From: Verrucomicrobiia bacterium
Lineage (GTDB): Bacteria > Verrucomicrobiota > Verrucomicrobiia > Limisphaerales > SXQI01
Direction: 5' to 3'
Length of the DNA: 64,000 nt
Assembly (NCBI GenBank): GCA_036383895.1
Contig: DASVNK010000030.1
Coordinates: 116,490 to 180,489 of the forward strand
A program made the translations under genes and the position numbers. The notes under the pieces were generated by a model. It saw only the letters and a program-made list of their open reading frames with translations. It ran no database searches and was not told the origin of the DNA. Below, piece by piece: positions 9,401 through 16,979 of this stretch (position 1 is its first letter; each line of letters starts with the position of its first letter).

Positions 9401-12400
9401 ATGCCAACGTTACGGTCACCTTTTCGGAGTCAATAGATCCGGCAACCCTGGGCAGCGCCACGCTCCAATTGCGCGATGCTCAGAACAACACTGTTGCGAG
9501 TAGCATTTCCTACGATGCCGCGACAAAACGGGCCATCCTGACCCCAGCAACTCCGCTCGCGCTTTCGACTACCTATTCCGCCTCGGCAATTGGAGGAGCT
9601 TCAGGGGTTAAAGATCTTGCGGGGAATCCCTTGGCCACCACCCGGACATGGCAGTTCACTACCGCCACGCAGGCGCCACGTTCGCTGTGGAGTAATGCGA
9701 TCGTTCCGACTGTTCCTTCGAATTCCGATTCAGGTGCCGTCGAACTCGGAGTAAAATTCTCCTCTGCTGTCGATGGTCAAGTGACCGGCGTTCGGTTCTA
9801 CAAGGGGGCAGCGAACTCCGGACCGCACCGTGGTAATTTGTGGGATGTTGCTGGCAACCTTCTTGGCACCGTTCAGTTCCAGGACGAGACTGCCACGGGT
9901 TGGCAATTCCAGGCCTTTACAACGCCAGTCAACGTCTCGGCGAATACGACTTACGTAATTTCGTACCATGCTCCTGCTGGTGGGTACGCCCTCGATTCCG
10001 GCTATTTTGCTGGAACAGCCTTTAACAATTATCCGTTGCGGGCGCCTAGTACAGCAGAGAGCAGTGGTAACGGTTTGTTCCGTTACGGTGCATCCGCCTT
10101 CCCAAATCAAACTTGGAACGGCGGCAATTACTGGGTCGATGTTGTTTTTCAACCTGCCCACGAATCAGTTGCCCCAACGGTACTTGCTGTGCAACCGGCG
10201 CAGAACGCCGTCGGAGTTTTCCCGGACGCCACAATTTCCGTCCGCTTCTCGGAAGGTCTTCAACCCTCGACCGTCAGTGCATCCTCAGTGCGGTTGCTCG
10301 CGCCCGGCGGTGCCACTGTTCCCGCTGTGGTCTCGTACGATCCTGGAACATTCACGGCTACAATCGATCCTTTGGAAACTCTGGCACTTCAGGCGACTTA
10401 TACCGTTCGCGCGCTCAGTGGCGCGAGTGGCGTAAAAGACTTGGCAGGTAACGCTTTGGCCGCTGAGTTCAATTCGACGTTTTCTACCCTGGGCGAAGTT
10501 CCTAAAACGATTTGGCCAAACAGTATTACACCAGCTTTGCTGACAGATCCCGATCCATTGTCGATTGAGCTGGGGCTCAAGTTTCGCGCCAGTGTGAACG
10601 GATACGTTGCCGGGGTCAGGTTCTACAAAGGTCCCGAAAACATAGGCCCGCATATTGGCAATATTTGGAGCGCGAGCGGAACTCTCTTGGGGACGGTCAC
10701 GTTTCAAAATGAAACCGCTTCTGGTTGGCAATACCAGGCGCTACCCTCTCCGGTTCCAGTAACCGCAAACACGACCTATGTCGTCTCCTACCACACCGCC
10801 TCAGGTAAATACTCGATCAATGACGGCTACTTCCTCAGCACTGGCATTGAGAATTCACCTCTCACCGCATTGTCAAACGTAGAAGCAGGAGGAAACGGGC
10901 TCTTTCGGTACGGTGCTTCTAGCTTTCCAAGCCAATTTTACAACGGGGCTAACTTCTGGGTCGACCTTGTATTCGTTGAGAACATAGGGCCGGACGCAAC
11001 GGCGCCTCAAGTCCTTGCGGTATCTCCCCTCAACAATGCCAACAATGTCGTGCTTTCCTCTAGCGTATCGGTTCGGTTTTCAGAGACGATTGCTTCGTCT
11101 ACCGTGAATAGCTCCACGATCCTGATCAGAGACGCTCAGAACAATGTCGTTCCAACTTCCGCCTCCTATGGAACCCTGCCGTATACCGCGGTTGCCACGC
11201 CGATGAGCCCGCTCTCGCCATCATCCACCTACTTTGTCACCGTAAAAGGCGGCACCGCGGGCATTAAGGATCTCGCCGGAAACCCACTTACAGCCGACTT
11301 TCAATCGTCGTTCACCACGACGGCGCCCGATACAACCCCTCCCCAGGTTACGACCGTCAGTCCGTATTCAGGAGCTTCTGGCGTCGGCACGGCGGCACCA
11401 CTGAATGTCACCGTTTCTTTCAACGAAGCAATCAACGGCAACACTGTTTCTGGTCAGACCCTCTTCCTCCGCGATTCCGGAGGCAATCTGATTCCCGCTG
11501 TGGTTTCCTTTGCGAATAACACTGCCACCCTGATCAGCGACTCAACGCTTATCGCGGACACGACCTATACTGCGACTGTTAAAGGAGGGACGACCGGTGT
11601 CTCTGATACTTCGGGTAACCGTTTGGCAACGGACTTCACCTGGTCGTTCAAAACCATTTCTTCCAATCCGTACGGCAATGGCCCTGGCGGTCCCATTCTC
11701 CTGGTCACGGACGAATCAAATCCTTTCAGCCTCTATTACGCAGAAATCCTCTTGACTGAAGGTCTCAACGCATTTGCAATTCTAGATCGCGACTCGCTGA
11801 CCGCCGCTGCCCTTTCTCAATATGATGTCGCGATTCTCGGTTCATTTGCATTAACGCCAACCCACGTTTCCCTCTTGTCAGCTTGGGTTAACAACGGCGG
11901 AAATCTGATCGCGATGCGTCCTGACAAACAACTAGCGGCATTAGCTGGCCTGAGCGATGCAGGCACGACGTTATCTGAGGCCTACCTGCTCGTGAACACA
12001 TCCTCCGGGCCCGGCATCGGAATCGTCGGTGAAACAATGCAGTTCCACGGGACTGCCGACCGGTATACGTTGAGCGGCGCATCGAGTGTCGCCACGCTTT
12101 ACTCCACTGCAACAACGGTCACTGCGAACCCGGCTGTGACTATGCGCAGCGTCGGTTCCAACGGAGGGCAGGTGGTCGTCTTCACCTATGATTTAGCCAA
12201 GTCCATTGTCCTCACCCGTCAAGGTAACCCCGCCTGGGCTGGCCAGGAACGCGATGGAAACGAGCCATTGCGCTCGAACGACCTTTTTTACGGTCCTGCA
12301 GCGAACGATCCACAGCCGAACTGGAACGACTTTAGCAAGATCGCTATTCCGCAGGCCGACGAACAGCAACGCTTGCTTGCGAACCTGATCACCACAATCA

Positions 12401-14268
12401 ATTCAGATCAGAACTTACTGCCGCGATTTTGGTATTTTCCTCATGGACATAAGGCCGCTATTGTTATGACTGGCGATGACCATGCTCAGAATGGTTCCAC
12501 GCCGCGTTTCGACCAGTATCTCGCGTATACGCCGGCTGGTGCTTCTGTTGCCGATTGGGATGCTGTCCGAAGTTCATCGTATGTCTGGAACAACACGCCT
12601 ATTCCTGACAGCCAGGCTGCTTATTACAACTCGTTAGGATTCGAACTCGCTTTGCATATCAATACAGGTTCCTTCGGCGGCTGGATCTGCGGTAACTACA
12701 ACGCCGAGACTGTAAATTCCATTTTTACTCAGCAACTGAATGCGTTCCGTGCGCAATTTCCGAGTCTACCATCGCCGGCTACTTTACGTATGCACTGTAT
12801 CGCGTGGAGTGGCTATACAGTTCTTCCTGAAGTTTGTTTGCCGCATGGAATTAGGTTGGAGACAAGTTATTACTATTTCCCTGGCTCGTGGGTTCAGAAT
12901 CGCCCCGGCCTGTTCACCGGTTCAGGGATGGCCATGCGCTTTGCCTCTGCTCAAGGTGGCGTCATCGATGTTTATCAGGCGGCCACGCAAATGACCGACG
13001 AATCTGGCCAAAGCTATCCATTTACCTCCGATGTTCTGCTGGATCGCGCACTCGGTCCTGAAGGTTACTACGGTGCCTTTGTCGCCAACATGCATACGGA
13101 CGTAAATCCCTTCCCCCAGTCGGATGCGATTGTACAGTCTGCTCAGTCTCGCGGCGTCCCCATAATTAGCGCTCTTCAGCTTCTAAAGTGGCTCGATTCT
13201 AAGAACGGTTCGTCGTTCGGAAACATTGCATGGAATAATAATCGTCAGCAATTCTCGATTAACGCGAGTCCGGGAGCCGTCGGACTGATGGCCATGGTGC
13301 CAGTTCCTGCCGGTTACGAGGTCACCGCCGTCCGTAGGAACTCTGCCGCTGCGGAATTTGCGATTGAATCGGTGAAAGGCGTCGAATACGCGATGTTTTA
13401 CGCTCTAACAGGTAATTATGAAGTGGATTACCTTCGCGACACAGTCGCTCCAACGGTCAATTCTGTCACTCCAACGAATGCCCAAACCGCCATTGCTCCG
13501 GACAGTGCCGTCACAATTACTTTTAGCGAGGCCATTGATCCCGCAACCGTCACTGCTTCGACAATCCGCCTGCAAAACCCTCAAGGGACTGCAGTCCCAT
13601 CCACCACGCTCTACGACCAAAGTACCTTCACCGTAACGCTAATTCCAAACGCGCAACTCGCTGCTGGGACGACTTACACCGTTGCGATTTCTGGTGGTTC
13701 CAGCGGTGTAAAGGATTTCGCGGGCAATCCTCTCCAGGCGAATTTCGCCTCCACCTTCACCACCGTTCCTCAGGTTGTTTATTCTATCTGGCCGGATACC
13801 ACCACGCCTTCGACTCTGGCCGAATCGGATAGCTCCGCTGTCGAGCTCGGTCTTAAGTTCCGTTCTTCCGTGAGCGGCTCTGTGCGAGGAGTTCGCTTCT
13901 ACAAAGGCCCGGGTAATACTGGCACTCACCGCGGCAGTCTCTGGTCCGCAACTGGAACGCTCCTCGGCACCGTTGTCTTCCAGAACGAAACCGCCTCTGG
14001 ATGGCAAACCGCGCTGTTCACAACCCCAATTGCCATCAACGCAAACACAACTTACGTCGTTTCCTACCACGCTCCGGTCGGTCGATACTCCGTGAATGGC
14101 GGATTTTTCACCTCCGGTGGAGTTGATCGTCCGCCTCTCCGCGCCCTCTCAGCCGCAGAAAGCGGCGGCAACGGCGTCTACCGCTACTCAGGCACCAGCG
14201 CCTTCCCGAACCAAACCTGGAACGGCGGCAACTATTGGGTCGACGTCATCTTCCAAACCAACCCGTAA
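6463..14268 (+). CDS. giant secreted modular protein: PHP/CehA-type metallo-phosphoesterase domain, He_PIG-like Ig, 5 DUF4082-like modules, 6 SbsA/Big_5-like Ig modules, central alpha/beta region
   Basis: Single 7.8-kb ORF. The ATG at 6463 gives a signal-like N-terminus (MELFSVSLRAF..LFVLFCAAIRVSMG); the TTG at 6436 is the earliest possible start. GDIHVHRSCGG is a PHP/CehA-like metal site. Repeated AVELGLKF..V(T/A)G(I/V)RFYKG..H.G.LW..NET.SGWQ..ANTTYV.SYHAP.G.Y..GNG.(Y/F)RYG..NYWVDV modules match DUF4082. Repeated (I/V)TVTFSE.I...T..S.T..L......TY.V.V.GG..G.KD.AGN.L modules match bacterial Ig-like Big_5. Confidence 0.85.
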   Translation: MELFSVSLRAFCRRGAQCLFVLFCAAIRVSMGASPEAPGWFAGDIHVHRSCGGSPVPLSTIYEAMNVNNLAVVSLLADSGNGEVLNPVTDLPLINGLDDAGSTANRILHWDAEWHWDATYSQYSHQALGGHVLTLGITNAQQIWHEYTYPVLKMARDHGGVGGFAHMQYLGDSFPNGLNCCLPIEYPVEVALGSADFVSQDVTGSDTAMQAWYRLLNCGFRPGFAAGSDYPCSANIGDLLTYVKVDGTLTYKKYIDGIKAGRTVVSRNAHREFLDLKVNASAVPGDEINLAQAGSVPVVVVWTATQNFTGSLEIVQNGNIVASQTATVSAGTPVTLNANVNFTKSGWLVARRMSSRGHEVHTGAIFVKIGGAPIRTSVTDAEFYVDWMNQLLQRTSVGGVWASYYQNNRAQAHARIDAARTLFQQIATDAANLSWGITTEGLPAAFPNVAYSAQLHAAGGTTPYTWSVVSGSLPAGLSLSANGQISGTPSQVGITAFSVRAADSSNPQRVATKSLTLDVAGGASIWPTSSPLNSGDGDSSAVELGLKFQSSASGNVTGIRFYKSPGNTGLHTGKIWSASGALLASTTFVNETPSGWQFQRLSSPLSITANTTYIVSYHAPAGRYAADSGYFNSAFSNGPLRALSNSESGGNGVYRYGSSAFPDQTWGAANYWVDVLFDQGSVNDTTPPTIVLRSPGASEIGVSPSTAITVTFSEPVQTATVNSSTIVLRNAANSIIPTTLSYNSATATVTIQPGSDLSLSSTYSVTVVGGASGIKDIAGNALASNATWSFATASSVPRSIWNSSVTPAVVADSETSAVEVGLKFQSAVPGTIAGVRFYKGTGNNGPHVGNLWTSSGTLLRSVTFNNETASGWQSQAFATPVQITPNTTYVISYHAPNGRYAVNSGYFQSGGFSNLPLRALANGEDGGNGVYRYGATGFPSQSWNGANYWVDVLFLPEVDNTAPTIADISPAENSNNVGAYANVTVTFSESIDPATLGSATLQLRDAQNNTVASSISYDAATKRAILTPATPLALSTTYSASAIGGASGVKDLAGNPLATTRTWQFTTATQAPRSLWSNAIVPTVPSNSDSGAVELGVKFSSAVDGQVTGVRFYKGAANSGPHRGNLWDVAGNLLGTVQFQDETATGWQFQAFTTPVNVSANTTYVISYHAPAGGYALDSGYFAGTAFNNYPLRAPSTAESSGNGLFRYGASAFPNQTWNGGNYWVDVVFQPAHESVAPTVLAVQPAQNAVGVFPDATISVRFSEGLQPSTVSASSVRLLAPGGATVPAVVSYDPGTFTATIDPLETLALQATYTVRALSGASGVKDLAGNALAAEFNSTFSTLGEVPKTIWPNSITPALLTDPDPLSIELGLKFRASVNGYVAGVRFYKGPENIGPHIGNIWSASGTLLGTVTFQNETASGWQYQALPSPVPVTANTTYVVSYHTASGKYSINDGYFLSTGIENSPLTALSNVEAGGNGLFRYGASSFPSQFYNGANFWVDLVFVENIGPDATAPQVLAVSPLNNANNVVLSSSVSVRFSETIASSTVNSSTILIRDAQNNVVPTSASYGTLPYTAVATPMSPLSPSSTYFVTVKGGTAGIKDLAGNPLTADFQSSFTTTAPDTTPPQVTTVSPYSGASGVGTAAPLNVTVSFNEAINGNTVSGQTLFLRDSGGNLIPAVVSFANNTATLISDSTLIADTTYTATVKGGTTGVSDTSGNRLATDFTWSFKTISSNPYGNGPGGPILLVTDESNPFSLYYAEILLTEGLNAFAILDRDSLTAAALSQYDVAILGSFALTPTHVSLLSAWVNNGGNLIAMRPDKQLAALAGLSDAGTTLSEAYLLVNTSSGPGIGIVGETMQFHGTADRYTLSGASSVATLYSTATTVTANPAVTMRSVGSNGGQVVVFTYDLAKSIVLTRQGNPAWAGQERDGNEPLRSNDLFYGPAANDPQPNWNDFSKIAIPQADEQQRLLANLITTINSDQNLLPRFWYFPHGHKAAIVMTGDDHAQNGSTPRFDQYLAYTPAGASVADWDAVRSSSYVWNNTPIPDSQAAYYNSLGFELALHINTGSFGGWICGNYNAETVNSIFTQQLNAFRAQFPSLPSPATLRMHCIAWSGYTVLPEVCLPHGIRLETSYYYFPGSWVQNRPGLFTGSGMAMRFASAQGGVIDVYQAATQMTDESGQSYPFTSDVLLDRALGPEGYYGAFVANMHTDVNPFPQSDAIVQSAQSRGVPIISALQLLKWLDSKNGSSFGNIAWNNNRQQFSINASPGAVGLMAMVPVPAGYEVTAVRRNSAAAEFAIESVKGVEYAMFYALTGNYEVDYLRDTVAPTVNSVTPTNAQTAIAPDSAVTITFSEAIDPATVTASTIRLQNPQGTAVPSTTLYDQSTFTVTLIPNAQLAAGTTYTVAISGGSSGVKDFAGNPLQANFASTFTTVPQVVYSIWPDTTTPSTLAESDSSAVELGLKFRSSVSGSVRGVRFYKGPGNTGTHRGSLWSATGTLLGTVVFQNETASGWQTALFTTPIAINANTTYVVSYHAPVGRYSVNGGFFTSGGVDRPPLRALSAAESGGNGVYRYSGTSAFPNQTWNGGNYWVDVIFQTNP
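8035..11325 (+). repeat. four tandem DUF4082 + Ig coding modules, period about 820-830 nt
   Basis: Module starts (S/T)(I/L)W(P/N/S).. are at about 8035, 8857, 9676 and 10507. Each ends in NYWVDV(L/V)F, followed by an Ig module ending (T/S)(W/F).F.T. A fifth copy with the order Ig then DUF4082 lies at about 13438-14265. The copies are diverged (many substitutions), not identical. Confidence 0.75.
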
Positions 14269-14582
14269 TCACGGAGGGACAATCTTCCGGAGGGACGAGT
14301 TCCACGAGTCCACGAATTCCGCTTTTTAAGGCGTTCGGTGTTGACACGCAAAGCAGGTTTCCCCATCATATGCGGCATTTGAAGCATAATGTGGCTTTTT
14401 GTCCTTTGAAATAGTACTATTCCGCCATTCGCGTTTCATAACGCTTCCATTTGCGTTCTGCACTGCGTTCACGCTATTTCACGATCTTCCACTCTTTTCT
14501 ACGCTATTAAAGGCGGGGGGAAGGGGGCCGGGTGGTGCGAGGCTCCGCCCGAGCATTCACTCTGCCGCCGCGGTTTCCGCCA

Positions 14583-14692
14583 AAAAAACACACGCCTTTT
14601 GAAACAAAACACACGCCAAACACACGCGAACACACCGAAGAAACACGCGGGAAATCGCAGCAAAACACACGGAAACACACCAAACACACGCG
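14583..14692 (+). repeat. phased AAACACAC(G) array A (8 units)
   Basis: CACAC cores start at 14589, 14610, 14621, 14631, 14644, 14666, 14676 and 14685 (spacings 21, 11, 10, 13, 22, 10, 9 nt). Each core is preceded by a run of 2-7 A. The array is followed by T8 at 14693-14700. Confidence 0.8.
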
Positions 14693-14894
14693 TTTTTTTT
14701 CTGGAGGCTGCTGTTATCGCAAAGGTCAACTAAGAGCCGCTTGAGAATGGCGTGTGACGGGTTCGCGGGGATTTTGCTGGAATGCGAGGAGCGACGAATG
14801 AGTATACCCTTCAGCGGTCTGCGACTGAGAAGCAACGACGCAGTCCGGCAAAAGAGCTTGAATACGGCGCTTGGGATTTGTGAGACGCCTTCTT

Positions 14895-14990
14895 AAAAAA
14901 ACACAGTCGCACACAACGCGAACACAGATCAAACACGGCTTCGAACACAGTAAAAGGCCAGCAAAACACATATAAACACAGAAAAACACA
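14895..14990 (+). repeat. phased AACACA(G) array B (8 units)
   Basis: CACA cores start at 14902, 14912, 14923, 14934, 14946, 14967, 14977 and 14987 (spacings 10, 11, 11, 12, 21, 10, 10 nt). The array ends 100 nt upstream of the ATG at 15090. Confidence 0.8.
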
Positions 14991-15089
14991 GGTGCTTTTA
15001 AAGGAAAGAGTCTCCTAACCCTCTATTCGCCCTCCGCGTTCCTCCGCTTTCGCGCTCTTGGTGTCCTTCTGTAAACTCCGAGTAATCCA

Positions 15090-15803
15090 ATGACCCAACC
15101 CCAGGCCCAAACCACTTCCCGCATGGTTCCGTCGGTCCACGGAACCCGCAAAATTCAGCCCGATCCGCAGTTCGAAGTTGATCTCGCCGAACACCTCCGC
15201 AAATCCTATCCCGGCACATCACTTCTCGAACACTACAATCGCTTTGCTGTCGGCGATACGGAACTCGACTCCCTCATGCGCCGAGCCATCTGGCGCACCG
15301 TCGCTCGTAGGTTCGGAAATGCGGTAAAGATCGGTGCCGGCGTCGGATTCAAGCACCTCGAAACCTTTGAAATCGGCGACGGCGTCTTCATCGGTGCTCA
15401 GGCTTACATCCAAGGCCGTTACGACGGCACCACGAAGATCGGGAACCGCGTCTGGATCGGACCTCAGGCCTACTTCGATGCCCGCCATTTGATCCTTGAA
15501 GACTACGTTGGTTGGGGACCTGGCGCGAAAGTCCTCGGCTCCGCCCACACCGGCATTCCTTACGACCGCCCGGTTATCGAGACCGACCTCGAAATCAAAC
15601 CGGTCTACGTCGAGGAATGGGCCGACATCGGCACAGGTGCCGTTCTCCTTCCCGGCGTCCGCATCGGCAAGGGCGCAATTGTCGGAGCCGGCGCGGTCGT
15701 CACTCACGACGTCCCTCCTTACTCAATCGTCGCCGGCGTCCCGGCCCGGTTCCTCCGCTGGCGCGAAGGTTATAAACCGCCCGAAACCCAGAATCCTCAA
15801 TAA
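15090..15803 (+). CDS. left-handed beta-helix (hexapeptide-repeat) acyl/acetyltransferase
   Basis: 237 aa. Imperfect hexapeptide repeats ([74 protein letters not shown]), typical of sugar N/O-acetyltransferases. Confidence 0.8.
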   Translation: MTQPQAQTTSRMVPSVHGTRKIQPDPQFEVDLAEHLRKSYPGTSLLEHYNRFAVGDTELDSLMRRAIWRTVARRFGNAVKIGAGVGFKHLETFEIGDGVFIGAQAYIQGRYDGTTKIGNRVWIGPQAYFDARHLILEDYVGWGPGAKVLGSAHTGIPYDRPVIETDLEIKPVYVEEWADIGTGAVLLPGVRIGKGAIVGAGAVVTHDVPPYSIVAGVPARFLRWREGYKPPETQNPQ

Positions 15804-15945
15804 CTGCGCGTCGAATGGATGCGCGGTTATTGATAAAGACTGTCGCATTTCTGCTAGCGTTTTCCCTTCGAAACAGGCCCACTTCTGATACTTTCTCTAG
15901 CGCTCTAATGGTCGCTATTTCGCCCGGAGCGCATCGATTTTTGCT

Positions 15946-16941
15946 ATGATCAAACACAAGCGTGCTCTCATCACCGGCGGCGCCGGCCTGATCGGTTCCC
16001 ACATCGCCGACAAGCTCGTCGCCGACGGCTTCGAAGAAATCGTCATCCTCGATAACTTCACCCGCGGCCGCATGCAGAACCTCGACGCCGCCTGCGCTTC
16101 CGGCAAAGTCACCCTCGTCGAAGGCGACATCCGGAACACTGAGCACGTCCGCGACGTCATGGACGGCATCGACATCGTCTTCCACGAAGCCGCGATCCGA
16201 ATCACGCAATGCGCCGAAGATCCCCGCCTCGCTCACGACGTCCTCGCGACCGGCACCTTCAACATCCTCGAAGCCGCCGTCGCCGCCAAAGTGAAGCGCG
16301 TCGTCTACGCTTCCTCCGCCTCCATCTATGGCCAGGCCGAAGAATTTCCCACCACCGAAAACCACCACGGCTACGGCAACCGCACCATGTATGGCGCGAT
16401 CAAGCTTTACGGCGAAGGCATGCTCCGCAGCTTCTATGAAATGTATGGCCTGAACTACGTCGCTCTCCGTTACTTCAATGTTTACGGTCCGCGCATGGAT
16501 GCCTATGGCGTTTACACCGAAGTGATGATCCGCTGGATGGAACGCCTCTCCAAAGGCCAGCCCTGCCTCATCCTCGGCGATGGCAGCCAAACGATGGATT
16601 TCGTTTACGTCGATGACATCGCCCGCGCGAATATCATCGCCGCCAATTCGAGCATTACCGATGACGTCATCAACGTTGCTAGCGGCGAAGAAACCAGCCT
16701 CAAGGAACTCGCGGAGGCGCTCGGGAAAGTCATGGGCGTAAATCTCCCACCGGAATTTGGTCCGGCCCGCAAAGCCACTCCCGTTTGGCGCCGGCTCGCG
16801 GATGTATCCAAAGCGCAAAAACGCCTCGGCTTCAAAACCCAAGTTTCCCTTGAGCGCGGCCTCCGCGAACTCGTCGAATGGTGGAAGAACCTCCCGAAAG
16901 GCGAAGAACTCGCCCGCCCGCCCCAACTCCAAACAAAATAG
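15946..16941 (+). CDS. NAD-dependent nucleotide-sugar epimerase/dehydratase (extended SDR)
   Basis: ALITGGAGLIGSHIADKL is a Rossmann GxxGxxG motif and YGAIK is the catalytic YxxxK. 331 aa. Confidence 0.85.
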   Translation: MIKHKRALITGGAGLIGSHIADKLVADGFEEIVILDNFTRGRMQNLDAACASGKVTLVEGDIRNTEHVRDVMDGIDIVFHEAAIRITQCAEDPRLAHDVLATGTFNILEAAVAAKVKRVVYASSASIYGQAEEFPTTENHHGYGNRTMYGAIKLYGEGMLRSFYEMYGLNYVALRYFNVYGPRMDAYGVYTEVMIRWMERLSKGQPCLILGDGSQTMDFVYVDDIARANIIAANSSITDDVINVASGEETSLKELAEALGKVMGVNLPPEFGPARKATPVWRRLADVSKAQKRLGFKTQVSLERGLRELVEWWKNLPKGEELARPPQLQTK

Positions 16942-16979
16942 GTTTTAGCCTTTAGCCTTCACCCCTCATCCCTTTTCAA

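Noticed and set aside
14349-14390. TTGACA at 14349 and CATAAT at about 14388, as a sigma-70 promoter in the gap
   Set aside because: The hexamers are not spaced 16-18 nt from a matching partner. TTGACA is followed by poor -10 candidates at 17-19 nt, and CATAAT lacks a -35. This is too weak to call.
14510-14580. G-rich stretch (GGCGGGGGGAAGGGGGCCGGGTGGTGCGAGGCTCCGCCC), checked as a possible tmRNA, RNase P or SRP fragment
   Set aside because: None of the conserved cores I know are present: the tmRNA 5' GGGG-acceptor with a tag ORF, the RNase P GAAAGUCCGGGC motif, or the SRP GGAA/AGCA loop.
14399-14989. Short ORFs (60-92 aa) listed in the 820-nt gap on both strands
   Set aside because: They overlap one another in several frames and are translated from the repeat arrays (K/T/H/R- or C/V/F-rich strings). 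They lack Shine-Dalgarno context and recognisable motifs.
14583-14990. Possibility that the CA arrays are a CRISPR array, IS terminal repeats or an ordinary microsatellite
   Set aside because: The units are about 10-11 nt with no unique spacers of 25-40 nt, so this is not CRISPR. No transposase or inverted termini flank them. The units are imperfect but phased and recur at four loci with consistent orientation, which a simple slippage microsatellite would not explain. I kept them as a finding instead.
15700-16932. 410-aa ORF on the minus strand
   Set aside because: It lies exactly antisense to the SDR epimerase/dehydratase, which has clear GxxGxxG and YxxxK motifs. Its translation is low-complexity (G/A/E/D/F-rich), typical of stop-free antisense frames in GC-rich DNA.
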